A stretch of 64,000 bases of DNA, taken from positions 10,180-74,179 of the forward strand of contig JAEDKA010000008.1 of the NCBI GenBank assembly GCA_016296065.1. The letters are read 5' to 3'. Below the pieces are notes generated by a model. That model ran no database searches. It saw only the letters and a program-made list of their open reading frames with translations, and was not told the origin of the DNA. The position numbers and the translations under genes are program-made. This document shows, in pieces, positions 1 to 9,705 of the stretch. Origin of the DNA: Kiritimatiellia bacterium (GTDB lineage: Bacteria; Verrucomicrobiota; Kiritimatiellia; RFP12; UBA1067). Within the stretch, counting starts at the first letter, position 1. Each line of letters opens with the position of its first letter.

Positions 1-51
1 TCCGCCGACAATCATCACGAGCGAAAGCCAGAATGGAATATCCGTATACAT
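1..51 (-). CDS. 5' end of a gene running off the left edge (MYTDIPFWLSLVMIVGG..., hydrophobic N-terminus)
   Basis: ATG at 51 lies 8 nt downstream of a TGGTATAAT box at 60-68. Only 17 codons are visible. Confidence 0.35.
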   Translation of the reverse strand, partial: MYTDIPFWLSLVMIVGG

Positions 52-59
52 AGTTTTAT

Positions 60-68
60 ATTATACCA
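60..68 (-). promoter_or_regulatory. Extended -10 TGGTATAAT, 8 nt before ATG 51
   Basis: Read directly from the sequence. Confidence 0.55.
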
Positions 69-173
69 TTTCTGCGGCCATCGCGCCGAAGGCGGTTGGC
101 ATCAAGGACTGAGCTGGCCCGCTCGCCCGACCTGGCGGAGCCGTTCGGCCCCGTGACGACATTGGAAACTATG

Positions 174-2342
174 TCATTTCCGGCGGAAGACCGGAATACG
201 GTCGATTGGCGTCGCGACGCGAATGACGCGTCCGCCCTCAAGGCGCTTGCCCGTGAAGAAGTCCTCCCACTCGCCCGCAGGGAGATACACGTCCATCTCC
301 TCGACGTCCGCCGTCACCGGGCAGACGAGCAATTCGCGTCCGAACATGTACTCTGTCTCGAAGCCGGCGGGAGCGTCGAAAAGCGGAGTCATCATCGGCG
401 CGTTTGCGCGCACCGCCTCGTCCGCAGTCGCCTTTACGTAGGGCCTGATGCGCTCCCTGAGGCGCACCTGCTCGGACAGCAGACGCTCCGTCTTCGCGCC
501 AAAGCGCGAGAATGTGTTGTCCGTCTTGTGTCCGTGCACGCGCTGGATCGGACAGAACGTCGCCCACTGCACCCAGCGCACGAAGCGCTTCTGGAATTCG
601 GCGTTCGTATACTGGTCGTGCGGACGGAAGAACCCGCCGCCGTCAGTCGTCCAATATGGGACACCCGCCATCGACGCGCCGAGCCCGGCGATCACCTGAG
701 TGCGGAGATCCTTCCACTCGCTCCCGACGTCGCCGCTCCACACGACGCACGCGGTGCGGCACTGCCCGGCGAACGCGCAGCGCGTGAGCACAAGCGGCTC
801 CCTGCCCATCTCGCGCTGCTTGCGGTCCGCAGCGAGGTTTACGAGGAGCGGATACACGTTGCGGAACTCGTCGCCGCTGCCGAGAGTCCAGGTGCGCCCG
901 TGGAGATCGTCGTTCTCGGGCTCCACGGCGTCAAGCCACCACGCGTCGATTCCGACTGATGCAAGATTGCGCTCCACCCACCTCCAGAAGAGGTCCACCG
1001 ACTCCTTCTTCGAGTAGTCGATCCAGCTCGTTCCGGGGATGAATCCGCCGATAGCCTCGACCTCCTTCGTGAACTGGCACTCGCCCGTCGCCTTCGGCCA
1101 GACGCTGAGCATGACACGTACCCCCGCGTCGTGGCATTCGTCCAGCATCGCCTTCGGGTCCGGATAGCGCGCCTTGCTCCACTCCATCGAGTTCCACGTG
1201 TCGTCAAGCCACCAGAACCAGTCCTGGACGAGCACAGAAAGCGGCAGATCGTTTTTCTTGAAGTAGTGCAGCGCGTCGAGAAGCTCCTGCTGCGTCGCGA
1301 AGCGCTCCTGGCAGTGCCAGTAGCCCCACGCCCAGTCGGGAAGCGCGGCAGTTCCGCCGCAGTCGCGCCTGAACGCGGCGACGGCCTTCGTCGGCTCGAA
1401 CGGATACACGACGTAGTCCGTGCCCCTGGCGAAGTCGCTCACGAAGCGCGACTCTCCGCGGTCGGGGCGGATTCCGAGCGTCGGGGAGTCGCGCGAATCC
1501 GCGAGGACACGCACGGTGTGGCGTCCCTTCGCGAGGCGCAGGCGGAAGCCTACGGTCGGCGGAAGCCACACGTTGCGGTTAGAGACGATGCGCTTCCCGT
1601 CAATGTCAACGACCTGCTGTCGCGACATCTTCTCCCCGCTGTCGAGGTCGAACGCGTATTCCCCGTCGGACGGAACGTCGAACGTCCCGACGAGCGACAC
1701 TTCAACACGCTCCTCCTTCGCGTTGCCGGCGTTCGTCGTGACGTCTACGGAGCGTCCCTCCGCCGCGTTACCCTCGCGCTCGAGCTTCACGAAATCCGTG
1801 CATGGGTTGAAGTCGACGCGCGCGTACGAATGCCAGTGGAGTCCCCAGCCGCGCGTCGAGACCATGAACGGAACAGACGCCTGGGTGTTGACCTGGACCA
1901 GACGGCGCGGAAGGTTGCGGATATCGAGCGCGCCGTCCTGGAACTGCCCGAGTCCGTACAGCCTCTCGCCCTCCGGAGAATCGAACGCCACGCCCTTCTC
2001 GAAGACCTCCCTTTCGGAGAGGATCGTCTTCCCTCCGGACACGAATGCCACAAGCCCGGTCTTCTTGTCGACATTCGCGACGAGCCCTCCGCCGGACACC
2101 GAAACGACATCGCCCTTCTCCTCGCGCTTCAACTGCGCAGAGAACCCGTCGGTGAACACAAGCTCTGGGCTTTCGGCCTCGCCGCGCGTCACGCGCATTC
2201 CGCCTGCCGCAGACATGGAGAATGACACCGCACCGCGCGCAGTCTCGACACGGACCGGCTCCGCGTCGGCAATTGTCGCTCCGCAGAAGAATGCGGATGC
2301 CGTGATCGTCAGAAGATGCAGTTTACTTGTAATGGTTTGCAT
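174..2342 (-). CDS. Glycoside hydrolase family 31 (alpha-glucosidase/alpha-xylosidase type), secreted
   Basis: 722 aa. N-terminal signal peptide. GH31-type catalytic region (GIDAWWLDAVEPEND; WSGDVGSEW). Confidence 0.8.
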   Translation of the reverse strand: MQTITSKLHLLTITASAFFCGATIADAEPVRVETARGAVSFSMSAAGGMRVTRGEAESPELVFTDGFSAQLKREEKGDVVSVSGGGLVANVDKKTGLVAFVSGGKTILSEREVFEKGVAFDSPEGERLYGLGQFQDGALDIRNLPRRLVQVNTQASVPFMVSTRGWGLHWHSYARVDFNPCTDFVKLEREGNAAEGRSVDVTTNAGNAKEERVEVSLVGTFDVPSDGEYAFDLDSGEKMSRQQVVDIDGKRIVSNRNVWLPPTVGFRLRLAKGRHTVRVLADSRDSPTLGIRPDRGESRFVSDFARGTDYVVYPFEPTKAVAAFRRDCGGTAALPDWAWGYWHCQERFATQQELLDALHYFKKNDLPLSVLVQDWFWWLDDTWNSMEWSKARYPDPKAMLDECHDAGVRVMLSVWPKATGECQFTKEVEAIGGFIPGTSWIDYSKKESVDLFWRWVERNLASVGIDAWWLDAVEPENDDLHGRTWTLGSGDEFRNVYPLLVNLAADRKQREMGREPLVLTRCAFAGQCRTACVVWSGDVGSEWKDLRTQVIAGLGASMAGVPYWTTDGGGFFRPHDQYTNAEFQKRFVRWVQWATFCPIQRVHGHKTDNTFSRFGAKTERLLSEQVRLRERIRPYVKATADEAVRANAPMMTPLFDAPAGFETEYMFGRELLVCPVTADVEEMDVYLPAGEWEDFFTGKRLEGGRVIRVATPIDRIPVFRRK

Positions 2343-2385
2343 GGCTTATATATCGTGATATCGGAGTTTATGGCCTTCTGAAACA

Positions 2386-2394
2386 ATTGTACCA
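2386..2394 (-). promoter_or_regulatory. Extended -10 TGGTACAAT, 43 nt before the GH31 ATG
   Basis: Read directly from the sequence. Confidence 0.45.
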
Positions 2395-2459
2395 TTTCCC
2401 CATTGCTACGCCTACCCCCCTGAGCGTGGGGGGAGTAGGAAGCGAGTGCAAACGGGCAA

Positions 2460-5400
2460 TCAGCGGATTGCTAATTCGAAGATGGAGATGCCGTATGGAG
2501 TGTTCCGTTTGAGGCCGACAATTCGCAGGCGCCGCGCCTTTACCGCCGGCCAGGACAGCATCTCGAGCTTGCCCTCGGGCTTCGGCTTCTCCGCCACGCG
2601 GCGCCATGTCGCGCCGTCATCCGAAACCTCTACGACATAATGCTCGGCACGCGCGTTCTCCCAGTCGATTTCGACCTTCGAAACCGTGCGTTCCTTCCCG
2701 AAGTCGAAGCATATCCACTCTCCGTCACGGTGCCTGCTCGACCAGCGCGTCTTCATGTCGCCGTCAGCGGCATATGCGGCGAGGAGTCCTCCGTTCTCCT
2801 CCCCTGACGCCGTTATCGCCGCGAGCCGGGCGAGATTGACCTCCCCGATCGCGCACGCCTCGATGCGAGATTCCGCGGACATCCCGCCGAACTCCGTGCG
2901 GAGCACATACGTGCCCTTCGCCAGCGGGATGAAGATTCCGCCCTTCGCCGTCTTGTAGTCCTTGCCTGCCACGGCGGGCTTGCCCGACGGCGCGGTAACG
3001 GATGTCTTGCTGCCCTTGAGGGACATCTTTCCTCCGAACTGGTCTTCGCAGGAGACGGACATCTTGACGCCTTCACCCACGATCGCCGAAATGTTCGCCG
3101 GCGAGTACGCAAGCTTCCTCGCAACAAGCGCCTCCTCGACGGGAAGACGGCGGGAAACGGAAAGTCCATTTGCCTTCGCCTCCACGGTGGCAAAACCGTT
3201 CCCGCGCGGCGTGAACTCATCGCCGTCGAACTCGCCGTCCGAGCTGGACCATTCCGCCTTGCAAGGCGTGAACTTGCCGCCGCGTCTGACCCTCGCGGAC
3301 AGCCTGCACGGCTCGCCCTCCTTGAGCACGGTCTTCTCGGACTCAATCACAATGTCTTGAGAAACCTTGTCCGCGGGAGCGTGAAAATCGAACTTCGGCA
3401 CTCCGGCGCTCTTCAGGCCCTGGACGGTAAGGCAGTGCGGAGCGGCGTCGATCTCTCCGACGCTTTTCCCGTCCGCAGCAAAGAACCTGACTTTGCGCGG
3501 CCTGTCGCCGCAGTTGTAGGCCATGAGGGTGCGCTTTCCGTTCTTTACGAACGCCCTCGCGCACGGATAGTCGGCGCGCACGCCGAAATCGAGCTCGCCC
3601 CAGGCGATGTGCGAATGCGTCGCCCAGTACGTCATGTGCGCAGTGTCGGCGTTCATCGCCGCGTTCATCTTCTTCGCGCGGAGATTGTCGAACACCTCGG
3701 CGGCCTGCGCGGGATCGTGCCTCTGGAGATAGGACAGCAGCACGTTGCCGAGCGACTCGTTCCCGACTGGCGGCGTCTCGTGTCCGTCGCGCGTGCGGCC
3801 CTTCTCGAACCATCCGCCGATCTCCTTCGTCTTCCACATCGTCTCCCAGTCCCACTTCGCGAACTTCAGGTCCTCGCTCAGGTAGTCTAGCGCAGGCGTG
3901 TTGGGAAGCCACTGGATCGAATGCATCCACACGGGATCGCCGCTGAAGTACGTCCACCAGCCTACGCCGTGACAGGTGAGGTTGGAGTTGTACGGATGCT
4001 TGTACTTCGTGTAGTCGATGTTCTCGCGGTCGCGGTCGAACCAGTACTCGGCCGTGGCGCGCGACTCGGAAACATAGCCGAAGATGCCGGCGTCGCGCAT
4101 CGCGTCGTCACCCAGGGCGAGCCCGAGCAGATAGAGTCCGCCCCAGCCCTGCATCGCCTCGCTGGACGACTCCTGTCCGTTCCCCGCGCCGTCGCCGACT
4201 CCGCCGGCGAAGGAGTGTCCCGCCCACGGATCGAACGTGCGGAAAAGAGGGAATCGCTTCTCGGTCCTGTCCCAGTTCGCATAGTCCTTCGCGATCATCG
4301 TGAGCATCGAACCGAACTTCTTCCTGAAATCGTCGTCGACCATGCACAGCAGCGCGCCGGAGTAGGTGAAGTATCCGTAGTGGAAATGGTGGTCGTTGAA
4401 CGCGTCTGAATCGTAGCTCGTGTCTTCTCCGACGAGTCCGCCCCATTTCGGAACATACGAGAAGTAGAAGCGCTGCTCGCCCGGCGTCCACGTCAGCCAG
4501 TCCTCGAACTTCGCGCGCAGCTTCGCGTGCGCGTCGCGGAACGACTTTTCGTCACCCGTCTCCCGCGCCGCCATCATGGCGAACGCCATCTGGAGAAGCC
4601 CCTTGCCGCCCCAGTACGTGTCGCCTCCGAACGAACCACGGTTGGCGTAGTCGGATATGAGGTCCATGAAAAGCGCCGCGTCGTATTTCTCCGATCCCCT
4701 TGCCTCGGGCGCCGCCCAGTACGGAAGCATCCCGGGGAAGTCGTACGCGACCGAAAGCGAATTGCCCGCCGCCACTCGCTGTTTCCCGCGCGGAGTGTTC
4801 CAGACAAGACCGTCCACTGTTTTGAATCCGGGATGCGTCCGCTTGAGATGGTGCGGCTGGAAGCCCTGTAGCGCGACGGGGTTCTTTTCCTTCCCCGCAA
4901 GGTCCTCGGTCTCGACATTCCACGTCGTCGTCAGAACGGCCTTCGGCTCGTCGTACTTCCAGTCGACGCGCGTGCTTCTCACGACGGCGCGCGCATAGGG
5001 CGCGAGCTTGTCGAACGCGTCGGCGGACGGCAGGACGGCGACGGCGATCCACTGCGCGTCCTTCGGTCCGCCGCGCCAGACGCCGTAAGATTCTTCGCCG
5101 ACGGATATCACCTCGCCGCCTCCGCGCTTTTCGCGCTTCACGTCTGCGCCCGCGTCGTTCTCGACGGACACCGCGAGCTCGACGCCCTTCGCCTCGACCC
5201 AGGTGAACGGCGAGCCGTGCACAAGCGTCGTCCTGATTTCCCGCCCGCCGTCATCAGCAAGCAACATCTCGACATCCCAGTCGTGCCAGTCGTCGACGAG
5301 CGTCGCCTCGGGCGCAAAATTCCCAGCCGCTCCGACGACGACGGCGGAGCGCTCCTTCATCTCCGTACCGTTGTCGATCCAGCGCGACGGATTCGCCACG

Positions 5401-5720
5401 CGCACTCCGCCCTGTCCGATGCGTACCTTCGCCGGATAGCTCCAGAGCTTCCCTGTCCAGCGCGAAACGAGCGCGTCCGTCCACCAGTCGTTAGTCGGAA
5501 TCGGCTCGCCCTTGCGCCGCGCGGTCATGTAGACGGGGCGGTTCTGCATGAAACGGCTCTGGTCGCCACGACGTTTTCCGTCCGCAGTGCGCGCCTTCGC
5601 CCACGGCGTGTAGGAGGCGTAGCTCCCGGCGCCGCACGGAACGATCTCCTGCGCGAAAAGTCCGCAGAAAGCGAAAGCCACGGCCGCAGCCGTGGCATGT
5701 TTTGTCATTCCTTTTGTCAT
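2460..5720 (-). CDS. Glycoside hydrolase family 81 (endo-beta-1,3-glucanase) with C-terminal Ig-like and discoidin/F5-8 type C (CBM32-like) domains
   Basis: 1086 aa. Signal peptide. GH81 hallmark FNDHHFHYGYF. C-terminal MKTRWSS...ISIFE region typical of discoidin domains. Confidence 0.75.
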   Translation of the reverse strand: MTKGMTKHATAAAVAFAFCGLFAQEIVPCGAGSYASYTPWAKARTADGKRRGDQSRFMQNRPVYMTARRKGEPIPTNDWWTDALVSRWTGKLWSYPAKVRIGQGGVRVANPSRWIDNGTEMKERSAVVVGAAGNFAPEATLVDDWHDWDVEMLLADDGGREIRTTLVHGSPFTWVEAKGVELAVSVENDAGADVKREKRGGGEVISVGEESYGVWRGGPKDAQWIAVAVLPSADAFDKLAPYARAVVRSTRVDWKYDEPKAVLTTTWNVETEDLAGKEKNPVALQGFQPHHLKRTHPGFKTVDGLVWNTPRGKQRVAAGNSLSVAYDFPGMLPYWAAPEARGSEKYDAALFMDLISDYANRGSFGGDTYWGGKGLLQMAFAMMAARETGDEKSFRDAHAKLRAKFEDWLTWTPGEQRFYFSYVPKWGGLVGEDTSYDSDAFNDHHFHYGYFTYSGALLCMVDDDFRKKFGSMLTMIAKDYANWDRTEKRFPLFRTFDPWAGHSFAGGVGDGAGNGQESSSEAMQGWGGLYLLGLALGDDAMRDAGIFGYVSESRATAEYWFDRDRENIDYTKYKHPYNSNLTCHGVGWWTYFSGDPVWMHSIQWLPNTPALDYLSEDLKFAKWDWETMWKTKEIGGWFEKGRTRDGHETPPVGNESLGNVLLSYLQRHDPAQAAEVFDNLRAKKMNAAMNADTAHMTYWATHSHIAWGELDFGVRADYPCARAFVKNGKRTLMAYNCGDRPRKVRFFAADGKSVGEIDAAPHCLTVQGLKSAGVPKFDFHAPADKVSQDIVIESEKTVLKEGEPCRLSARVRRGGKFTPCKAEWSSSDGEFDGDEFTPRGNGFATVEAKANGLSVSRRLPVEEALVARKLAYSPANISAIVGEGVKMSVSCEDQFGGKMSLKGSKTSVTAPSGKPAVAGKDYKTAKGGIFIPLAKGTYVLRTEFGGMSAESRIEACAIGEVNLARLAAITASGEENGGLLAAYAADGDMKTRWSSRHRDGEWICFDFGKERTVSKVEIDWENARAEHYVVEVSDDGATWRRVAEKPKPEGKLEMLSWPAVKARRLRIVGLKRNTPYGISIFELAIR

Positions 5721-5755
5721 GACTTGCCGATTTCTGTCGGTGGACGGAGTCTGGT

Positions 5756-7804
5756 TTACGCCTTGCGGCCGGTGAGGGCGCGGATGAAGCCCTCGATGTT
5801 CGCGGACTCCTCTAGCGTGATAACGCCGTCAGCCCGCGCGGCATCGAGCGCCTTTCGGAACTCCTCCTGTCCCTCGATCTTGGCGAGCAGTTCGGACAGC
5901 TGCGCGGCCTCCTTCTCGTCGATGCGTCCGTCCGCGAGAATCGCGTCCGCCATGTGCGAGAGCTGCGCGGCGAACGCCCTGTTGTTGACGCTCTGGGCGA
6001 ACTTGCGGAACACGGCGGGCATGGAACCCTCCGCGACCGCGCCCTTGACGACGAGCTTCAGGAAGAAGAGCGTCGCGAGCATGAACAGCACCGCGAGCGG
6101 CAGCGCGACCCACGCCGAGCCGACGAACGGCGCCACGATGTAGGCGACGAACGAGACGGCCGCGACGACGAGCGCGTACGGAAGCTGCGTGTTGACGTGC
6201 ACTATGTGGTTGCACTGCGCACCGGCGGACGCCATGATCGTCGTGTCGGAGATCGGCGAGCAGTGGTCGCCGCAAACAGCGCCGGCCATGCAGGCAGAGA
6301 CGGCGATGATCGTCATGGACGAGCCCGGAATCGCGGCGAGGACGATCGGGATGAGGATTCCGAACGTGCCCCAGCTCGTGCCCGTGGAGAACGCGAGGAT
6401 GATCGCGATGACGAAGATGATCGCCGGGAGGAAGTTCCAGAGTCCGGCGGCGGGTCCGCTTATGATGTCGGAGATGAACACCTTCGCGCCGAGCGAGTCG
6501 GTCATCGCCTTGAGCGTCCACGCGCAGCAGAGGATCATGATCGCGGGGACCATCGCCTTGAAGCCCTCCGGGAACGCGTCCATGCAGTCGCGGAACGAGA
6601 TGACGCGGCGGCAGATGTAGAACACGACGGCGAACACAATCGCCGCGATCGAGCCGAGCGCGAGGCCGACGGACGCGTCGGAGTCGGAGAACGCCTTGAC
6701 GAACCCGGGCTTGTCCGCGCCGAAGTATCCGCCGGAGTAGATCATGCCGACCATGCAGCACGCGATGAGGACGACGACTGGGATTACCAGGTCGATGACG
6801 CGTCCGCGGTCGTTCTTCGCGAGGGCCTCGGTTGCGTCCTCTATCGCGCCGAGGTCGGGTCCGCCGGCAGAGGTCGCCGCCTCGTGGCGCTTCATCGGGC
6901 CGAAGTCGAATTTCATGAACGCGAACGCGAACATGGCGACGATGGTGAGGATCGCGTAGAAGTTGTACGGGATCGCGCTGATGAAGAGCGAGAAGCCGCT
7001 CTCCGCGCCTGCGCCCTTGGCGAAGCCCGCGACGGCCGCGGCCCAGCTGGAGATCGGCGCGATGATGCAGATCGGGGCTGCCGTCGCGTCGATGAGGTAC
7101 GCGAGCTTGGCGCGCGAGACCCCCTTCGCGTCGGTGACCGGACGCATCACGCTGCCGACGGTGAGGCAGTTGAAGTAGTCGTCGACGAAGATGAGCATGC
7201 CGAGGACTATCGTCGCGACCTGCGCGCCGATCCTGGACTTGATGTGCGTCTGCGCCCATCTTCCGAACGCCGCTGACGCGCCCGTCTTGTTCATCATCGC
7301 GACGAGCGAGCCCAGGAGGACGAGGAAGAGCAGAATGCCGACGTTGTATCCGTCCGCGACCGAGTCGATGAAGCCGTCCTTTACGACGTGCATCATCGTC
7401 CCCTCGAACGCGAAGCCGGAGTAGAGAAGCCCGCCGGAGACAATGCCGATGAAGAGCGACGAGTACACCTCCTTCGTGATGAGCGCGAGGAAGATCGCCA
7501 GAAGCGGCGGGAAGATCGCCCACCACGTGCCGAAGAAGCGGTTCTCGGTGCGGATCGCCGCAAGGGCCTTCGCCTCGTTCGCCTTGAACTCCTTGTCGTT
7601 CTGGACGTTGTCCGCGTAGGCGTCGATGTACGACTTTGCGCCCTTGACGTCGTCGGCGTCTGCGATCACCGCAAGGTTGTATGCGTTCGTGGCGTCGTCT
7701 ACTACGACGGAAACGGGATACGCCGGCGTTTCCGCCGGCGTATCGCCCTCCGCGAACGCGAACGATGCCGACAGCACCGCAACCGCGATCAGGATGTTCT
7801 TCAT
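5756..7804 (-). CDS. NhaC-family Na+/H+ antiporter-like membrane protein with a C-terminal TerB/DjlA-like soluble tail
   Basis: 682 aa. About 12 predicted TM segments with NhaC-like sequence. Last ~75 aa are amphipathic (ADAILADGRIDEKEAAQL...DGVITLEESANI), resembling TerB-type repeats. Confidence 0.6.
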   Translation of the reverse strand: MKNILIAVAVLSASFAFAEGDTPAETPAYPVSVVVDDATNAYNLAVIADADDVKGAKSYIDAYADNVQNDKEFKANEAKALAAIRTENRFFGTWWAIFPPLLAIFLALITKEVYSSLFIGIVSGGLLYSGFAFEGTMMHVVKDGFIDSVADGYNVGILLFLVLLGSLVAMMNKTGASAAFGRWAQTHIKSRIGAQVATIVLGMLIFVDDYFNCLTVGSVMRPVTDAKGVSRAKLAYLIDATAAPICIIAPISSWAAAVAGFAKGAGAESGFSLFISAIPYNFYAILTIVAMFAFAFMKFDFGPMKRHEAATSAGGPDLGAIEDATEALAKNDRGRVIDLVIPVVVLIACCMVGMIYSGGYFGADKPGFVKAFSDSDASVGLALGSIAAIVFAVVFYICRRVISFRDCMDAFPEGFKAMVPAIMILCCAWTLKAMTDSLGAKVFISDIISGPAAGLWNFLPAIIFVIAIILAFSTGTSWGTFGILIPIVLAAIPGSSMTIIAVSACMAGAVCGDHCSPISDTTIMASAGAQCNHIVHVNTQLPYALVVAAVSFVAYIVAPFVGSAWVALPLAVLFMLATLFFLKLVVKGAVAEGSMPAVFRKFAQSVNNRAFAAQLSHMADAILADGRIDEKEAAQLSELLAKIEGQEEFRKALDAARADGVITLEESANIEGFIRALTGRKA

Positions 7805-7833
7805 CGTCGTTATCCCCGTTTTTCGGACTTAGA

Positions 7834-8736
7834 TCAGAACGCGAGGCTGACGGAGACTCCGCCGTAGAGGAGGCCGTCGTGCGAGCCGTGCCTGCTGTCG
7901 ACCGAATAGGAGTCCCAGCCCGGGCAGTGGCGCACGCGGTGGTCGAGCTTGTAGAGGTAGTTGAGGTGCGCGCCGAGCGAGATGTTGTCGGTGAGCGCGT
8001 AGCTCAGCGCGATGCCGTTGTCCCAGCCGCCGAACACGGTGTCGGTCAGTGCGCCGCCGGAGATGTACTTCGCGTACTCCGAGGTGTAGAGCGTCGTCTT
8101 GGAGGTGAGCTTGAGCGAGAGGTCCTCGGTGATCTCAAAGCCCTTGGAGAGCGCGAAGTCGATCATGAACGCCTCGTCCGGCTTGCTGTTGTGCGCATAC
8201 TCCCAGAAGAACTTGACGCTCGGGACGACGAACTCGTTGTCGTACTCGGCGCCGATCGTCCAGAACTTCTGAGACGCCCATCCGCAGCGCGGGTAGGTGT
8301 ACCAGAGGTGGGACGCCGTGAGGTTCACCGGCCCGATGGAGTTGCCGTACACGATCTCGTAGTCGAACTCGCCGATGCCGCCGAGCTGCTTGCCGCCGTT
8401 GCCGCGCTTGCGCGAGCTGTGGCGCTTGTTGAGCTCCTGGCTGGCCCAGACGTCGGCAGCGATCCACCCGAACTTCTCGGGGAGGTTCAGCTGCATCCAG
8501 ACGTCGTACTGCGCGACCGGCGTGTCGGAGAAGATGCGGTTGTGGGACACGTACGCCGAGTTGACGTCGAGCTGGAGCGCGACCTCGAACAGCGGGGTCT
8601 CATCCTCCGACTCGGACTCCTCCGCCTCCGCCGCCTCGGGCTTCGCGGACTCGTTCTGGACGGGCTGCTCCTCGGCCTGCACCGTGAGTGCGGCGGCGGC
8701 GGCCATCGCTCCGAGCGTGATCATCAGTTTCTTCAT
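7834..8736 (-). CDS. Predicted outer-membrane beta-barrel protein
   Basis: 300 aa. Signal peptide ending TVQA. Acidic linker, alternating beta-strand pattern, C-terminal ...VSVSLAF with terminal Phe. AAGGAGAAAG SD upstream. Confidence 0.55.
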   Translation of the reverse strand: MKKLMITLGAMAAAAALTVQAEEQPVQNESAKPEAAEAEESESEDETPLFEVALQLDVNSAYVSHNRIFSDTPVAQYDVWMQLNLPEKFGWIAADVWASQELNKRHSSRKRGNGGKQLGGIGEFDYEIVYGNSIGPVNLTASHLWYTYPRCGWASQKFWTIGAEYDNEFVVPSVKFFWEYAHNSKPDEAFMIDFALSKGFEITEDLSLKLTSKTTLYTSEYAKYISGGALTDTVFGGWDNGIALSYALTDNISLGAHLNYLYKLDHRVRHCPGWDSYSVDSRHGSHDGLLYGGVSVSLAF

Positions 8737-8770
8737 GTGACTTTCTCCTTTGGTGTTTTTGTCGGGGGGA

Positions 8771-9637
8771 TCAGTTCGCTTCGCCGGTTCCCCCGCCGGC
8801 GAGCATATCCTTGAGCCGCGCGAGCTCCTCCTCGGAGACTTCGCGGTCCTTGAGAATGTCGAAGAGCTCGGACTTTACCTTGTCGCGGAACTCGGTGCCT
8901 ACCCGCACCTTGCCTAGGAACTCGCCGAGGCGTCCGTCGTGTTTCGCGTCGAAGATCTCCGCCGGCGTCCCCTCCGCGGCGATCCTGCCGCCCTCGAGGA
9001 ACAGCACGCGCGTCGCCACGTCGCGCGCGAAGCGCATCTCGTGCGTGACGACGACCATCGTCATGCCGTGCTTCGCGAGGTCCTTCATGACGTCCAGAAC
9101 CTCGCCAACCATCTCCGGGTCGAGCGCGGACGTCGGCTCGTCGAAGAGCATCACCTTGGGCTCCATCGCGAGCGAACGCACTATGGCGACGCGCTGCTTC
9201 TGTCCGCCGGAAAGCTGCTGCGGATACGCCGTTGCCTTGTCCGCGAGGCCTACGAGCTCAAGCAACTCCATCGCCTTCTTCTCGGCGTCCGCGGCGGATA
9301 CGCCGCGCACGAGCTTCGGGGCGAGGGTGATGTTGTCAAGGATCGTAAGGTGCGGGAAGAGGTTGAAGTGCTGGAAGACCATCCCCATCTCGCTGCGGAC
9401 GCGGTTCTTCGTCTTGTCATCCGCCTTCACGATGTCGATCCCGTCGAATATGATGGACCCCTCGGTCGGTTGCTCCAGGAGGTTCATGCAGCGGAGGAAG
9501 GTGGACTTGCCGCCGCCGGACGGGCCGATCATGACTACGACCTCACCCTTGCATATCTCGGTAGAAAGCCCTTTCAACACCTCGAGCTTTCCGAAGTTCT
9601 TCTTCAGATTCTCGATTTTAAGCAATATTTCTTTCAT
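8771..9637 (-). CDS. ABC transporter ATP-binding protein (polar amino-acid GlnQ/ArtP type) with ~45-aa C-terminal extension. No permease or binding protein is adjacent.
   Basis: Walker [10 protein letters not shown], signature [11 protein letters not shown], Walker [12 protein letters not shown]. Confidence 0.8.
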   Translation of the reverse strand: MKEILLKIENLKKNFGKLEVLKGLSTEICKGEVVVMIGPSGGGKSTFLRCMNLLEQPTEGSIIFDGIDIVKADDKTKNRVRSEMGMVFQHFNLFPHLTILDNITLAPKLVRGVSAADAEKKAMELLELVGLADKATAYPQQLSGGQKQRVAIVRSLAMEPKVMLFDEPTSALDPEMVGEVLDVMKDLAKHGMTMVVVTHEMRFARDVATRVLFLEGGRIAAEGTPAEIFDAKHDGRLGEFLGKVRVGTEFRDKVKSELFDILKDREVSEEELARLKDMLAGGGTGEAN

Positions 9638-9705
9638 AATCTGGACAATATTATCCTAAAATCCGCCACGAATGTCAAGCGGACGGACCATGCCAGATCA
9701 TTCCG

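Noticed and set aside
96-2358. Plus-strand ORFs (96-959, 1131-2225, 1420-2358) opposite the GH31 gene
   Set aside because: They are antisense shadow ORFs typical of GC-rich DNA. They are Arg/Ala/Pro/Ser-rich and low in complexity, have no recognisable motifs, and fully overlap a well-supported minus-strand gene.
2411-2439. C6/G6 palindromes upstream of CAZyme genes read simply as intrinsic terminators of the preceding gene
   Set aside because: This is not fully excluded. However, no U-tract follows on the coding strand, and the spacing to the downstream -10 box is fixed at 22 nt in the best copies. That favours a promoter-associated site.
5829-7526. 565-aa alternative-frame minus ORF inside the NhaC-like gene, and similar cases (27022-28515 inside the SSS gene; 38595-39521 inside rseP)
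   Set aside because: They are out-of-frame overlaps with Arg/Gly/Asp-rich composition. The chosen frames give polytopic membrane proteins with family motifs.
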